Positions 1 through 11,961 of a stretch of DNA of 64,000 bases are shown here, one piece after another. Origin of the DNA: Eukaryota sp. TZLM1-RC (lineage: Eukaryota; Protista; Metamonada: BaSk clade); assembly GCA_040285825.1 (NCBI GenBank), contig JAUPSS010000004.1, forward strand, positions 5,981,784 through 6,045,783. Direction: 5' to 3'. The notes under the pieces are model-generated. The model saw only the letters and a program-made list of their open reading frames with translations. It searched no databases and was not told the origin of the DNA. Every line of letters starts with the position of its first letter. Position 1 is the first letter of the stretch. A program made the position numbers and the translations under genes.

Positions 1-822
1 AAAAGCAATCACGATGGCAAGGCGGTCAACCAACAGTTAGAGTTGGTTAATTTACAATCGCAAGTTTCTGATCACCAATCAACAATGTCTAAACTGGAAA
101 CTGAAATTTCAAAGTTAAGATTCCGAAATTCCCAGTTAATGTCTGAAATTAATGAAAAGGATTTGGAATTAACTAATCAAGTGGCTGAAAATAATATTTT
201 AGAAACTGAATTTCAACAAATTCAAAAGGAAGCGCAAAATTACAAAAGTCAGTTGAATTCAGCAGAAACACGCGTCACTGAGCTGTTCTCTGAGCTGACA
301 AGTGTCAAGTCTCAGCTGACAAATATTTGTAGTTCAAAGGACGCGGAATGGATTGAAAAACTTGAAAATTATAAAGATGAGTGGAAGAAGAGCTCAGAAA
401 AGGATCAGTTATTACTGAAGAGACAATTAGAATCACGTTTCAAAAGGGAAACTGATGAATTGAGGGGTAGAAATGAATATTTAGCGGAATTACTTAATGA
501 TACTGAAGCAAAGTGCAAAAAGTTAGAAGTTTCACAGAAGGAACATCTACAGTCGATAGCGACTTTACAGTCTGATAAACGTGACATGCAAAAAACAGTG
601 GATTCTTTGAAGATGGAAAATTTGGAATTAAGATCAGCAAGTCAGCCCAGTAATTCAGTCAATTTTGAATTAGAAATTGAACAATTAGAGAAGACTTTGG
701 AGCGTTTATTAGTAACAATTCGGAAAAAAGATGATGAAATAAGTCAACTAAGAAGAACAATAAAGGCTGAGTGTTCAGAACGAATGGCTTTAAAACAGAA
801 GTTGGCTTCAATCAAAAAATGA
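1..822 (+). CDS. Coiled-coil protein, 5'-partial (C-terminus resembles LEKR1-type coiled coils)
   Basis: Frame is open from base 1 (KSNHDGKAVNQQ...) to TGA at 820-822. Heptad-rich E/K/L/Q composition. The ending EISQLRRTIKAECSERMAL recalls the LEKR1 motif (from memory). The N-terminus is visible in the inverted duplicate at 11962-12520. Confidence 0.75.
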   Translation, partial: KSNHDGKAVNQQLELVNLQSQVSDHQSTMSKLETEISKLRFRNSQLMSEINEKDLELTNQVAENNILETEFQQIQKEAQNYKSQLNSAETRVTELFSELTSVKSQLTNICSSKDAEWIEKLENYKDEWKKSSEKDQLLLKRQLESRFKRETDELRGRNEYLAELLNDTEAKCKKLEVSQKEHLQSIATLQSDKRDMQKTVDSLKMENLELRSASQPSNSVNFELEIEQLEKTLERLLVTIRKKDDEISQLRRTIKAECSERMALKQKLASIKK

Positions 823-900
823 TTGTTTAATCAAATAGTCGTTTTTTCTGATTTATTTATTTAAGCCATGGAGATTGGTTTTGTGAGCTATTTTATATGA

Positions 901-960
901 ATTTATTTTCTTTTTATTATTATTTATTTTATTTATTTATTTATTTTATTTTTTTTATTT
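901..960. repeat. (TTTA/TTTTA)n low-complexity tract
   Basis: atttattttctttttattattatttattttatttatttatttattttatt, seen directly. Confidence 0.7.
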
Positions 961-1722
961 TCTGTCTGCATATTTAGCGAGCATTCTTCCACTCAGACCT
1001 TGGTCAAGTGTGTGGTGCCATCAAAAGTAAAACTAATTTTGTGCACAACCTCCTCATTATAAAAGCTACACTCTTTGCTGTAATGACATAAACCACATTT
1101 ACTATGTTTTATTGCATTCATGGTAAAGTGCAATCAAATAAGAAATAACTATAGTGGTATAAGCATCATAATTAATTTCATAATAAATTCCTACAATTAA
1201 TAATGACACAAGTCTGCAAATTGTATGGAATTTCCAAGAAATGTACCAGACCATTACAAGAATTCAAGTTAATTCCCCCTAATCACCCCTTCAAGAGTGA
1301 AATCTAAATCTATTTATTATTCTTAAGTGGACGAATATTGTTTCTGTTTTACAACTGAGTTCTTGAAATATTAAATGTAATAACCACTTTTCCGATGCCA
1401 AATAAGGAACAAAACATGACCACTTGTTTGTTGGTTCCGTTTTGAACATAATTGAGGGTCAATACATAACATAGATTGAAAAAATTGTTAAACCGAAGTT
1501 CTGGTCCATATGCAGGGCTTGGAAATAAGCTGTGATTGAGACAATCTGTGAACGAAAAGCCGATTGTTCATGTGGATCCATTGGTGAAGATTGCGTTTCG
1601 GCATCATGACAATTTTTACTCCAGACTCTGATGTCTAAGATGTCGATCATGTCTCTTGACATGTTTGATGCATTAAGGGTTTCTGTTATTCTTGGTGTGA
1701 GTTTCCATCACATCTGTTACTC

Positions 1723-3733
1723 ATGAACGACAACCTTCTTTACCTTAAAAGACCACATACATCCTGTCCATTTGAACCAGACCCTCACTCCTTGAACAAT
1801 GTTTATCCTGGGGACCCCGAGTCAAAACTTCCTGAATCAAGAGATACTCTTTTCAAAAACTTTCTCGAAAGTGTCCAGCGTTATCCAAACCGAGAAGCCT
1901 TTGGTAGAAGGGTTGAAAACGATGGAAATGTTTCCTTCGACTATTTATCGTACACTCAAGCTCTGAAACAAGTAGAAAGTATCAGTGGCGGTTTCGCTTC
2001 ACTCAATGTCATACCCGGTGAGAGGGTTGCCATTCTTGGTCCAAGCAGAGTAGAGTGGATGTTGACAGATCTTGCAATTCAGAGAAGCGGTCTCATCACA
2101 GTTGGAATTTATGCTGATATTCGAGAAGCAGACCAACTCCATATTCTCCGGGATTCAGGATCATCCATTCTCTTGTTCAGTCTATGTTGCCAGTCTTCTG
2201 CCGAGTATCTCCTAAAACATGCATCTTCTCAACTTAAAGCAGTGGTCTGTATGGATGATTGCGAACCATTACCAACACAATTGCCTTTCTTTACTTTTTC
2301 CAAGTTTTGTTCTCTCAATAACTCTCCTCCAGCCCCTTGTAACTGTTCCTCCAACGATGTTGCCACTCTTGTCTATAGCTCTGGTACTTCTGGTCCAAGG
2401 TATGGTATTGGTCACTCCATGCTCATTACAGCAAAGGTGCCATGCTTACTCACCGCAATGTCCTTTCCGGTGCTCTCTCCTACAACGAGGTAATGCCACC
2501 TTCTCCTGATCCCAACCATCAAGAAGTTATATTATCATACCTACCTTTAAGTCATATCTTTGAACGTACCTTTTCTACAGCAGCGTTAATCCATGCTTGT
2601 AAAATAGGTTATTTTTCCGGCAAGACCAGTACATTGGTAGGGGACATTCAAGCTGTGAAACCGACTGTTTTCATTGCGGTTCCAAGGGTTTTATCAAAGA
2701 TTTATAATGGAGTTATTACAAAAGTTAATAATTCGTTCTTTTTAAAAAGATTTTTGTTTAATAAGTTTTATGAATGTAAAAGAACTTCTGATTTGCGTGG
2801 TCGAAATTCTCGTTTTTTGACTAAATTTTTCAAGAATTCGGTGGCTCAAAAATTTGGTGGTCGTCTACGTGTCATTTATTTTGGTTCAGCCAAATGTGAT
2901 CCTGAAATTGTAGAATTCCTTCAAACAGTCCTTTCTATCCCAGTTAACCAAGGGTGGGGGATGTCTGAAACCTCAGCAGCAGGTACCGTTGTTGATTTAA
3001 ATGATAAGGACTACTATACGGCTGGTACTATTAAGGGAAGGGACACTCAAATAAGACTGCGGTCAATTCCTGAACTAGGTTATTCTGTAACTGATGATCC
3101 ACCACGTGGAGAAATAGAAATAAGAGGTTCTGTTGTGTGTAAAGGATATTGGGGTTGAATAATGAGTCAAAGTTCACATCTGATGGGTTTCTTAAAACTG
3201 GCGATGTTGGTTGTTTCCTCGAATCAAACCATAACCCCAACCCTAATTCCAACCCCAACCCCAACTCTAAGGTTTGGACAAAGCTTGTGGTGTTGGAACG
3301 ATTGTCCAGTAATTTCAAGTCTTCTTTTGGGGAAATGGTTTCTGCTGATTTGGTTGAATCCATATATTGCAAGTCCGATTACGTTCATGATGTGGTCGTT
3401 ACGGCTGGTGGTGCGAGACTGATTGCTGTGGTAGTTTTAGAAGAAGAGTTTCGTAGTTCTAATGACTTTGGAGCCGTTGCTCAGGAAATTCTCAATGACT
3501 TTAGTCGTTTGGCTGATCAACATAATCTTCGACCTTATGAAAGGGTTGGTGCCGTACATTTGGATGTGAACGAATGGACAATTGACAATAATTTACTCAG
3601 TGCATCAATGAAAAAAAAGAGATTGATGATTTTGCAGCATTATAGCGAGTCTATTGAGCGATTGAGTAATCAGATGAAGTCAAAATTAAATAGAATTGAA
3701 GGTTGTTTCAGTGGTTGTCAGAATGTGGAATAG
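1723..3733 (+). CDS. ACSL: Long-chain fatty acyl-CoA synthetase (AMP-binding), with one 32-nt intron and one apparent frameshift
   Basis: Splicing out 2400-2431 restores the AMP-binding motif YSSGTSGPSKGAMLTHRN. Also SYLPLSHIFE, GWGMSET, PRGEIEIRG, DGFLKTGDVG. One G is missing in the G4 run at 3151-3154 (GYWG* should read GYWGLNNE). Confidence 0.9.
2400..2431 (+). other. Spliceosomal mini-intron, 32 nt (GTATGG...GCTCATTACAG)
   Basis: GT-AG. Removal joins two ORFs and restores the P-loop-like GPSKG motif. Confidence 0.9.
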
Positions 3734-4349
3734 TTTTGTATATGATTTTTTTGGGTTGTTTTTCCTGAATAAATTGGATTATTCCATATTTATTATTCTC
3801 TTTTCCACGTAATTACAAAACAGGACAAAACAAATTAAAACACATAAGAAACAAAATTCTCCACACCAACTCTTGAAGAATCCTTGTGAAGCTTGGACAT
3901 CATTAAACTCAAGTACTTGGGAACACTTCTGTACAAAGCAAAAATGATACGATTCTTCCATAAATTCCCTGCAAAATTCTACATACAGTGAAAATTTGAA
4001 AATAGGGAAATTTATTTGCAACTGAATATTCAATCAAGAAATGAAATAAATAAATCTTTAAAAATTTATATTTTTTTGGAAGGAGAAACTTTAATTATAC
4101 TTTTTATCCTTCACGAATAAGTAATGATAAAATATTATTAGAAAACACAAAAAGGAATACCTGAATCACGATTTTTCAATAATATCTGAAATGTTTTATA
4201 GAAATGGCTACATGTTATAAACCTTGAAGACATCATTTACTCTACAAACAGCTGCTGCAAATTGAAATTGCAAATTCAAATTAAATAAATTTAGAAAATA
4301 AATCGACAAAAAATTCCCAAAAACCAAAAAATCAAAACTAATTACCCAG

Positions 4350-5594
4350 TCATCTACCACGTTTCCTTTTAACCTCAGGTCCACTAGCCCTTCGTTTCCT
4401 TTTACCCTCAACTTCATCCCTGCCCAATTCTTCTTTCAAAACAGAGGTGACCAATCGTGTAAACTCTTCACTGTAGCCTTCCGATGGTTCTTTTTCTTCC
4501 TGCACCATTTCAAGTACTTCTTCCAAAGAACGACGGCCTTCATAAACGTCAACAGCAAGATCTGATTGGATTAAAGGTCCCTTGTCAAGATCAACTGTGG
4601 CGGTGGAAGGAACCCTCTCGAAAACTGAAGCAAGATAGTTTAAAGCAGCTTTGGAGGCTACATTTAGTGAAAAAGTTTGTAGTAAAGAAGCAAATTGAGC
4701 CAAACAGTGTTGTTCAGGGTAAATATTCACTGCTTCTTTTATTGTAAGTCTGAAATTGACGGAAAAAGGAAATTTCCCGTCACTAATTGAATCATTAGCA
4801 ACTTCTGAACTATAAACTCTTGCTTTTGAAAGTTTGGCAAGGGCAAAAAGCTTTTTAGTTTCTTCAGCAGATTTGTAAAAGTCACTCCAATAGGGATGAG
4901 TTGTGTCAAAATCAGAGGAGATGATTAGGTGATGGTCAATGGACTTCTTGAGACAAAAAAAGTCGAGTTTTCTTGGGTTTATTCCACTAAAATTTTGATT
5001 GCAATCAGTTACGTCATCAATCTTTTTGATTGTTAGTTGATTAATTGATCCTGTTGTTGACCATAAAGTTTCACGAATACCTAATTCTAGATTCACAGCA
5101 CCTATATTGAGTGCGATTGGTAGATCAACACGAGAAAAGGAGAGATGAATTTGGCCTGAAAATGGACAAATAGATCTGACTACGGCTGTGATGTTCTTCC
5201 CATACAGTGATTTTGGAAGCTTAGAGTGATATGATGTGAATTGGAAATGGTAAGGGGTAAGAATGCCAATAAGAGAGAGGGAAGAAACATCATAAATGTT
5301 ATGTGAGGAGGTGAAAAACCCGTGGTCTGGCTGAACTTGATCAATGGTACTGGAGAGAATGACATCAGCTACGTTGGGTGGAGGTGCAGTGTAATGAGAG
5401 GATAAGCATATTCTGGAGAGTTTTACAGATAAAAATGAAGAATGGATGTGGCTAATGGATCCTTGTATAAGAGAACCAGGAATAAGTTCAGAAATTAAAT
5501 GGGACGAAGTTGTACGATGATGCTGAAGGAAACGCTTTGCTTCGGAACACAGACCAGCGTTTTTGAACCGCTGAAAACTGTGGGCAAAGGTCAT
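4350..5594 (-). CDS. S1/OB-fold-containing protein, TTC14-like
   Basis: ELIPGSLIQGSISHIHSSFLSVKL ... GKNITAVVRSICPFSGQIHLSFSRVDLP...LELG resembles the TTC14 S1 region. Basic C-terminal NLS-like tail. The ATG at 5594 is preferred because the longer ORF start runs into the hAT terminus. Confidence 0.55.
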   Translation of the reverse strand: MTFAHSFQRFKNAGLCSEAKRFLQHHRTTSSHLISELIPGSLIQGSISHIHSSFLSVKLSRICLSSHYTAPPPNVADVILSSTIDQVQPDHGFFTSSHNIYDVSSLSLIGILTPYHFQFTSYHSKLPKSLYGKNITAVVRSICPFSGQIHLSFSRVDLPIALNIGAVNLELGIRETLWSTTGSINQLTIKKIDDVTDCNQNFSGINPRKLDFFCLKKSIDHHLIISSDFDTTHPYWSDFYKSAEETKKLFALAKLSKARVYSSEVANDSISDGKFPFSVNFRLTIKEAVNIYPEQHCLAQFASLLQTFSLNVASKAALNYLASVFERVPSTATVDLDKGPLIQSDLAVDVYEGRRSLEEVLEMVQEEKEPSEGYSEEFTRLVTSVLKEELGRDEVEGKRKRRASGPEVKRKRGR

Positions 5595-5855
5595 TGTAAA
5601 TGATGAAATTAGAATACTAAATATGAGCAAGAGTAGACTTGGCAAAGTGGATTCCATTCCATTTCCATTTCCACTTTTGTGTTCCATTTTTATTCCCACA
5701 TTCTCATAAGATGATTCCAAAAAGCCGATTTACGTTTATTCAGACCCAGAGTGAAGATAACCATTACTGACCTCGACAGTGTTGTAATAATTGGTCGGGA
5801 AAAAATTATAATTGGACAATTAATTATATACAAAACTAATTCGACTACCTATTGT

Positions 5856-6502
5856 TTACTTCAGTGTTGCAAGTATTTTGTTTTGATCGTTGTTCAACCA
5901 TACCTTCAACTCAGATAAGTTTTCTAATAAAAGTGATGACATCCTGGTACGTTTGGATGTTTGAATGGAGCCACCGACTGAAAAGAAGGATTCACAAAAA
6001 ACTGTTGTTGCTGGGCCTGCTAGAAAACTCAAAGCCAGAGGAAATAATTTTGAAAAAGCACATTTGTTGTTTTTCCACCATTTAATAGGATCTGTACTCA
6101 AATGAAATGTTCTTTCAAATAAATAATTGTCAAGTTCATCAACATGCACTAATTCCCTGTTGTCCTTCTGTGGTTGAAAACTTTTTCAAAATGGGACATG
6201 TTTCTACTTTTCCAGGATACCTGTTCGTTAACCTGTAATGCGACATCTGCAAAAAGGTCAATGTCTCTGGAAGATGAAATTAGTGTACGAATTCCGTTGA
6301 TGTGTTTTTTTAATTGTACATTTGATACAGGTACAACAGTGGTCTTAATTCTTGGATCATGAATAGACGCCGAACAAGCATAAAAGTCGTAAACAAAGTC
6401 TGAGTACTTTTCCCGACAAATTTCACCCATTTTCTCCGCAGCTTCATTGATTACAAAAGGAATTTGATTAACAATGGGAACTTCAACAATGACTTTATAC
6501 AA
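5856..6502 (-). pseudogene. hAT transposase C-terminal remnant (hATC dimerisation domain)
   Basis: DELDNYL...DPIKWWK...FSKLFPLALSFLAGPATTVFCESFFSVGG...RTRMS is the hATC signature. Frameshift at about 6149. Confidence 0.85.
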
Positions 6503-6772
6503 GTCATGAAGACAAACAAGTGGCTACTCTTTGTTGATGGGACCCAGTGTAGTATTTCCAAACAGACGATGTTTTTTTCTTTGGCGAAGTTAGTGTTGCC
6601 GAAGACGTTTGAAGGCATTCTTCATTATCTCATACATTAGCAGTAATGTGAATAGATTCCTTATCAGTCATTTATGCAGGTTCAGTTATAATTGAGTATG
6701 GGCAATATGTTTCCATTTCCATATCCACTTTTGAAAAAAATTCCGTCCATTATCAATTACATTTCCACTTTT

Positions 6773-7002
6773 TTCAAAAAATGGTGAAAGAAAAAACAAT
6801 GAAAAGATTTGATATTTTTTTATGGCGTTCACGGATTCAATTTGCCATTATTAATAGATTACCGCGGTTTTTCAATCGAATTAGAGAAGCTTTAGCTAGA
6901 CAGCAAGCAAATCAAGATTTTGTAGAGGAAATCTTGGTTTAATGATAGTCGTCCCATTAGTTATGATTTAATTTAATCAAGTGTGCAAATTCAATAAATA
7001 TA
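6773..7002 (+). mobile_element. 3' fragment of CRE-like retrotransposon family A, inserted in the hAT element
   Basis: Near-identical to the 3' end of 27385-29620 (…WRSRIQFAI…DFVEEILV* plus 3' UTR). Flanked by the direct repeat ATTTCCACTTTT (6761-6772 / 7003-7014). Confidence 0.85.
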
Positions 7003-7779
7003 ATTTCCACTTTTGAAAAAAAAATCCGTCCATTTCAATTTTGAAATGAAAAAGAAAATTGAAAATGTGGAAATTCATTCTACTTCACCAACTCTAATGA
7101 GAAGCAATGGGAAGAAAACAAGCACATCAAGAATCTGTAGAAGAATTGTTGGTTCATTCAATTTAGTCCCATTAGTTGTTACTTGATTTTGTTAAGTGTT
7201 ATTGTTCAATAAAAAATTGTTACCACAAAGAAATTAGAGTTCAAGGGATTGGGTTTCAGGAAGATTTGATATTGATATCATATATATCATTTCCTTCTCC
7301 TTCATCAACATCAACCTTGAATTGTCTATAGATATACTGGTCATGGTATTAAAAAATCATGGTTTTAAAATTTTATTGATGCGGGAGAAACTTTATTTTC
7401 TGTGGAATTTAATTGTAAGTACAATGGACCAGAAATGTAAATCTAATGGTATTGAAAACTTTAAATTTGATTCTCACGAACCATCAAATTTTGAATACAA
7501 TTTTGATGTAGAGCGAAGTAGTTAACTAAAATCACCATTAATCAAAAGCGAACTCACAAATGTTATAGGTTTTTCTTGCAGACAATTCTCCATTAATATC
7601 CCTACATCTTTTCAAACAAAGGGCAATTAGCTTCACTAACAATGGCTACAAAGCAAATTGTTGGGCTCAGCAAATATTAACTGGATTCAATAGTTAGTGC
7701 AGTATTTGGAACAACGAATATTTCCAAAACCAAAGTAGGTTGTACATTCCTGCAGTCTATTTAAAAGCGCTTCATGAAG

Positions 7780-9900
7780 CATTGATCTCTTTTTAATTTT
7801 TAGTTTTGCTGTAAAAAGCTTCAACAAAAATTGTCAAAGATTTTTGAAAGCTTGGATTTTGATGTTAGACTTGGCTTAGTCAAGAAAAAGCATCCCGCTT
7901 TTGCAAATCTTTTACAAGATATGTGTGATAGTACTTCTTCGGCCTTAGTAACAACAATTCCACAAGTTTATGGTACTCTCTTATCCGATTCTGCTTGGAC
8001 TCTGAATATGAGACTTTGCTCCTTTATTTGGATTGATAATTTGTCTCATAATTCAAATTGTAATTGTTCTCGAAAAATTACAGAAATACAATCTTTGAGT
8101 TTTCCGAAAGATTTGTAGATTGGGAAGATTTATTGATACCAACGCAAAGTTCCACTGTTTTTGCATTAAATGAAGAAATTTCAAAAATTGATGTAGAAAA
8201 ATGGGGTTGATGTTTTCCCCAATCATTCAATGGCAATATTCCAGAAACAATGTTTTAAATTTGAAGTACACTCTTCGAACATTACAGAAACGATTTACTG
8301 GAATGTATGAAAAAGATCTTTATAATAATATATGCAGCTCGGCTGTTTTAAATCAAGATCTTCACTCATTGTTATTGGAAAAGGGTGTTTGTGAAAACAA
8401 GTCGTCAGATTCTTCACTTTTTGTAACCATTGTACCACGAAGATTTAAATTGTGTGCCACTAATGAAGCATTTGTAACAAAAATGAGATTATATTTGAAC
8501 ATCCCCATTAATCAATTTTTATCAAAAGAAAAATGTATTTGTTCGAATTCCCCTCAACTCACTTTGCGCCATGCTCTAAATTGCTCTAAATTGATAACTT
8601 ATCGTTCTTCATTACATGATGCTGTTAGAGACACTGTTTTCAATATGGCACAAACTGCAAGGATATCGTGTATCAAATTGCCCCTGCTGAAGGAAGCACT
8701 TTCTCTGAATAATTTTGGTTCTGATGATAGAGGTGATGTATACTGTGATTGGATTGATAATTCTGAAGCTATTGTTGACTTTGTCTCATGTAATGTTGCA
8801 AATGATACTTTGGTTCACAGAAGAAAACTTAATCCTGTGGCTGCTCTGGATTTTAAAGCAAAAGAGAAACATAGAAAATATGATAAAGATATTGAAGAGG
8901 CTAATGTCGATAGAAATACACAGCTGGCTTTTATTGCTTTCCCATTTTCGATAAATGGAGGATTATCAGTTGAAGCAGAAACTTTTTTGGATGACTTCCA
9001 AAAAATGGTGCAAGAAAAAACAATGAAAAGATTTGATATTTTTTTATGGCGTTCACGGATTCAATTTGCCATTCTTAATAGATTACCTCGGTTTTTCAAT
9101 CGAATTAGAGAAGCTTTAGCTAGACAGTAAGCAGATCAAGATTTTGTAGAGGAAATCTTGGTTCAATGATGGTCGTGTCATTAGTTATGAGTTAATTTAA
9201 TTAAGTTAGCAAATTCAATAAATACCTTAAGGGTCAAAACAAATTACAATTACTCATTTGTTGAATTTTAAACATTGATTTACTTTTATAACCAAGGTTC
9301 ATGATGCTGTAAGAGACCAATTGTATTGTATGTGTAAATCTCATAGAATTGATTCTTTTTTGGAACCTCTGTTGTCAAATCTGTTTGATACTGATTTTTA
9401 TAAGAATAATTGAGGCGACGTCATATTACCTGGATTACATAGAACTTTCATTTTGGAGGAAGTAATGTCTGTTGATCCTTGTAATGTAATGTCTCAAATG
9501 AAAGGCTTGCTGATTCTGACCACTTTCAAGTGCTGAAAATTTCAAAATCAAACAAATATAATGAACCTCTGTCCAAATTGTCCAACCAACGGCATGCAAA
9601 ATACAATTTGTATCCATTTGTATTTTCTCTAATAGGTTCACTTGCTCCCACGGACATATGGTTTTTGGCAGAATTTGAAATGATTGTAAAGAGATAAACT
9701 TACAGAAATTTCAACAGATTGTTTTGGCAAAATAGAATTGTGTTTTCTATTTTTAAGGGGATGTTGAAGATGGTCTTTGATGTTTCGCTTTCTCCAGAAT
9801 CTCACTATGAGAAAGTTGCATCTAGTTGTTTTGTTTTGGGAGAGATGGTTTATTTAGATGTTGATTTATAAGTTTCCTAAGTATATATTTTTAAAGAATA
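7780..9900 (+). mobile_element. CRE-like family B fragment interrupted by a family A copy (8083-9223)
   Basis: 7780-8082 and 9241-9900 are collinear with the family B copy at 21627-22838. 8083-9223 matches family A, with the zinc finger CICSN…HALNC and the RLE motifs HDAVRD, RGD, K..KY, FPFSING. AAATTACA is duplicated at 8075-8082 / 9241-9248. Confidence 0.85.
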
Positions 9901-10199
9901 GTTGTTCAACAGCGCTATTTTCACAATGGACTTTCTTATATAATCTTTCAATATTTACAAATGTTTATTCATTGGCAGAGAGACTGCTGAATTTGCAAGT
10001 GATGATCTAAATCTACCTTTCATTATGCTAGAAATCAGATTTGTACCATATGCAAAAACCATTGCATTTATTAGAACTTTTCGGTATTTGATTAACAAAA
10101 GAAACAAAATTTGTAAAGCTACTTATGCGAAATTGGACTGGAAATGAATTTTTGACTTATATGATTGGAACCTTCTACAATGTACACAAAGTTCACTAG

Positions 10200-10310
10200 T
10201 GATTTTCCATCATTGATTACTAATGATGTTTGTGAAAAAATAAGCAGTTGATTTTGCTAAAAAAGAGAAGAAACACCCTGGTGTTTTGCTGAGAAGAGCA
10301 AAATGAAAAA
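10200..10310 (+). mobile_element. Short degenerate RLE fragment, family E
   Basis: Similar to the VDFAKKDETPLCFAEKSK coding sequence in 44212-45020. Confidence 0.5.
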
Positions 10311-10762
10311 CAAAACAAGGAACATTGGAACCTTTTGTTTTTCATCTAGAACGTGTGGAGCACATAAAAAACCAGCTGGTCCCATTTGCAATTTCTTGTG
10401 TTTTCAATTAAAAAGATGGTTTGGATAAATTTGTGAACCACATTTGGAAAGCAATTATAGAACAGGCCAAATGAAACATCACTGACGCATTTCACAAGAA
10501 AATGTATCATCTGAAAATAGACCATATTTTTTGGGGATTGAGTAATTGAACCGACAGAGCAACTGTTTTGAGCAGCTAATGAAAATTTTGCAGAGGCGGG
10601 ATTATCATTTTTGGCTGAGCCAAGACGAACATTGAAAATCCCAACCATCATTGATCATCTAAAACTTAAGGCTCCAATGTCTATCCACAAGGCAATGAAA
10701 CTGATCAGAACTGTGCTTCATATACGTCTTGTTGTGTTAGTTCTTTGATTTATCAAACAAGG

Positions 10763-11404
10763 AATAAAAAATCATGAAATACACAACTAGAGCTCCACAT
10801 TCTCAAAAACTGCTTCCCCTACATCAAAACAATTAATTACTGAAGATTCAGAAAATTTCCCAACAGAAGATAGTGAATCAAAAATGAATTTCACTATTCT
10901 TTTAAAAATAGAAAATACATTCCTGTTTTGCCAGTAAACACGATTCAAAATTCTTTCAGTTCGTTCCTTTACAACTACATCAAAGTCCTCGACGAAAGCC
11001 ATAACAGCCTTACTGTGACCTAAAAATCCAAGCAAGAAAAAAGGAAAAATCAAAAGGACATAAATTATATTGGGCATGAGAATTTTCACTGACAAAGGAA
11101 ATAAGTTTCGAGTATTTAGCAATTTTGTATTTTTCACCAGCAAGAAGAGGAGTGTTCACATCTAAATTTTTGAAATGTTCGCTAGAAGAGTTACAAGGGT
11201 CTATGGACCAGGCACCTAATATAATAAAACTATCATTTAAGCCAGGAACAACCAAATCACCTCTTGTCAGACCCATAGAGGCTCTGTTGTAGCGCGTACT
11301 ATCAATATTGGGGTCATTGAGAATTAATTTTGATAGCAAAGGCTCTAAAAAGGAATCTACTCGATATGACCTACACATTGCATAATTTTGGTCCCTGACA
11401 TTAA
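10763..11404 (-). mobile_element. CRE-like family C, 3' fragment
   Basis: SFLEPLL…TRGDLVVPG…SIDPCN…KIAKY…FENVEL*. Homologous to 56585-57945. Frameshifted. Confidence 0.85.
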
Positions 11405-11611
11405 AATGTAATTATTAGGTCCTTAACCTTAATCATTGCGTAATAAAATGTTTACAGTTTAAAAGATGAGTAAACATATGCGGTTTACCACATTTACATG
11501 TTGAATGATTAGGTAAATTGTTTGGCCATAGAAAACAAAAAAAAGAGTCTTCTGAATGGAGTTGAATTGGTCAGTCTTCATTCTCACACTGTTTTTTTAC
11601 AGAAGCTTTAA

Positions 11612-11961
11612 GTGCCAAAACCAAGCCCCCCACAAGCTAAAATAAAACGATTTAAAGAACGAATAAAACCCATAGAAGAGTTTAATCGTCAACAATGGTC
11701 AAGACAACGTGAGCGTGCTAGAAGAAGATTGGAAGAAGAAAGAAGGGTGAAAACAGAGAGAAAAGCGGTAGAAGAGCTTAAACAAGAGAAAGCAAAGTTG
11801 GCCACGTATCATATCAAATCTCAGGTAGAAAGAGACCGGCAACTGATTGCTATTGATGACGTTTCGGATCACGTGATGAGTCCAGAGGAATTAGCTCAAA
11901 ATAGAGCACGTCGGCAGTTATTAAGAGACATTAAGGATGAAACTTCAAAGCTGAGGGCAGT
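11612..11961 (+). pseudogene. Fragment of a charged coiled-coil gene, truncated at an inversion junction
   Basis: Coding-like R/E/K-rich frame with an in-frame TAA just upstream (11609-11611). It runs into the antisense of the duplicated coiled-coil gene at 11962. Confidence 0.5.

Larger units (their letters stand above)
5634..7096 (-). mobile_element. Internally deleted hAT DNA transposon with imperfect TIRs
   Basis: Left end TAGACTTGGCAAAGTGGATT (5634-) matches the reverse complement of the right end, TAGAGTTGGTGAAGTAGAAT (-7096). CCATTTCC/TTTCCACTTTT subterminal repeats lie near both ends. A hAT C-terminal transposase fragment lies inside. Confidence 0.75.

Noticed and set aside
5595-5720. 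N-terminal 42 aa of the 456-aa ORF
   Set aside because: TTG start inside hAT terminal repeats. The ATG at 5594 is the more plausible start.
10346-10720. Coding-like plus-strand stretch (also 55680-56040 on the minus strand), possibly gag remnants
   Set aside because: Multiple stops and no diagnostic motif.
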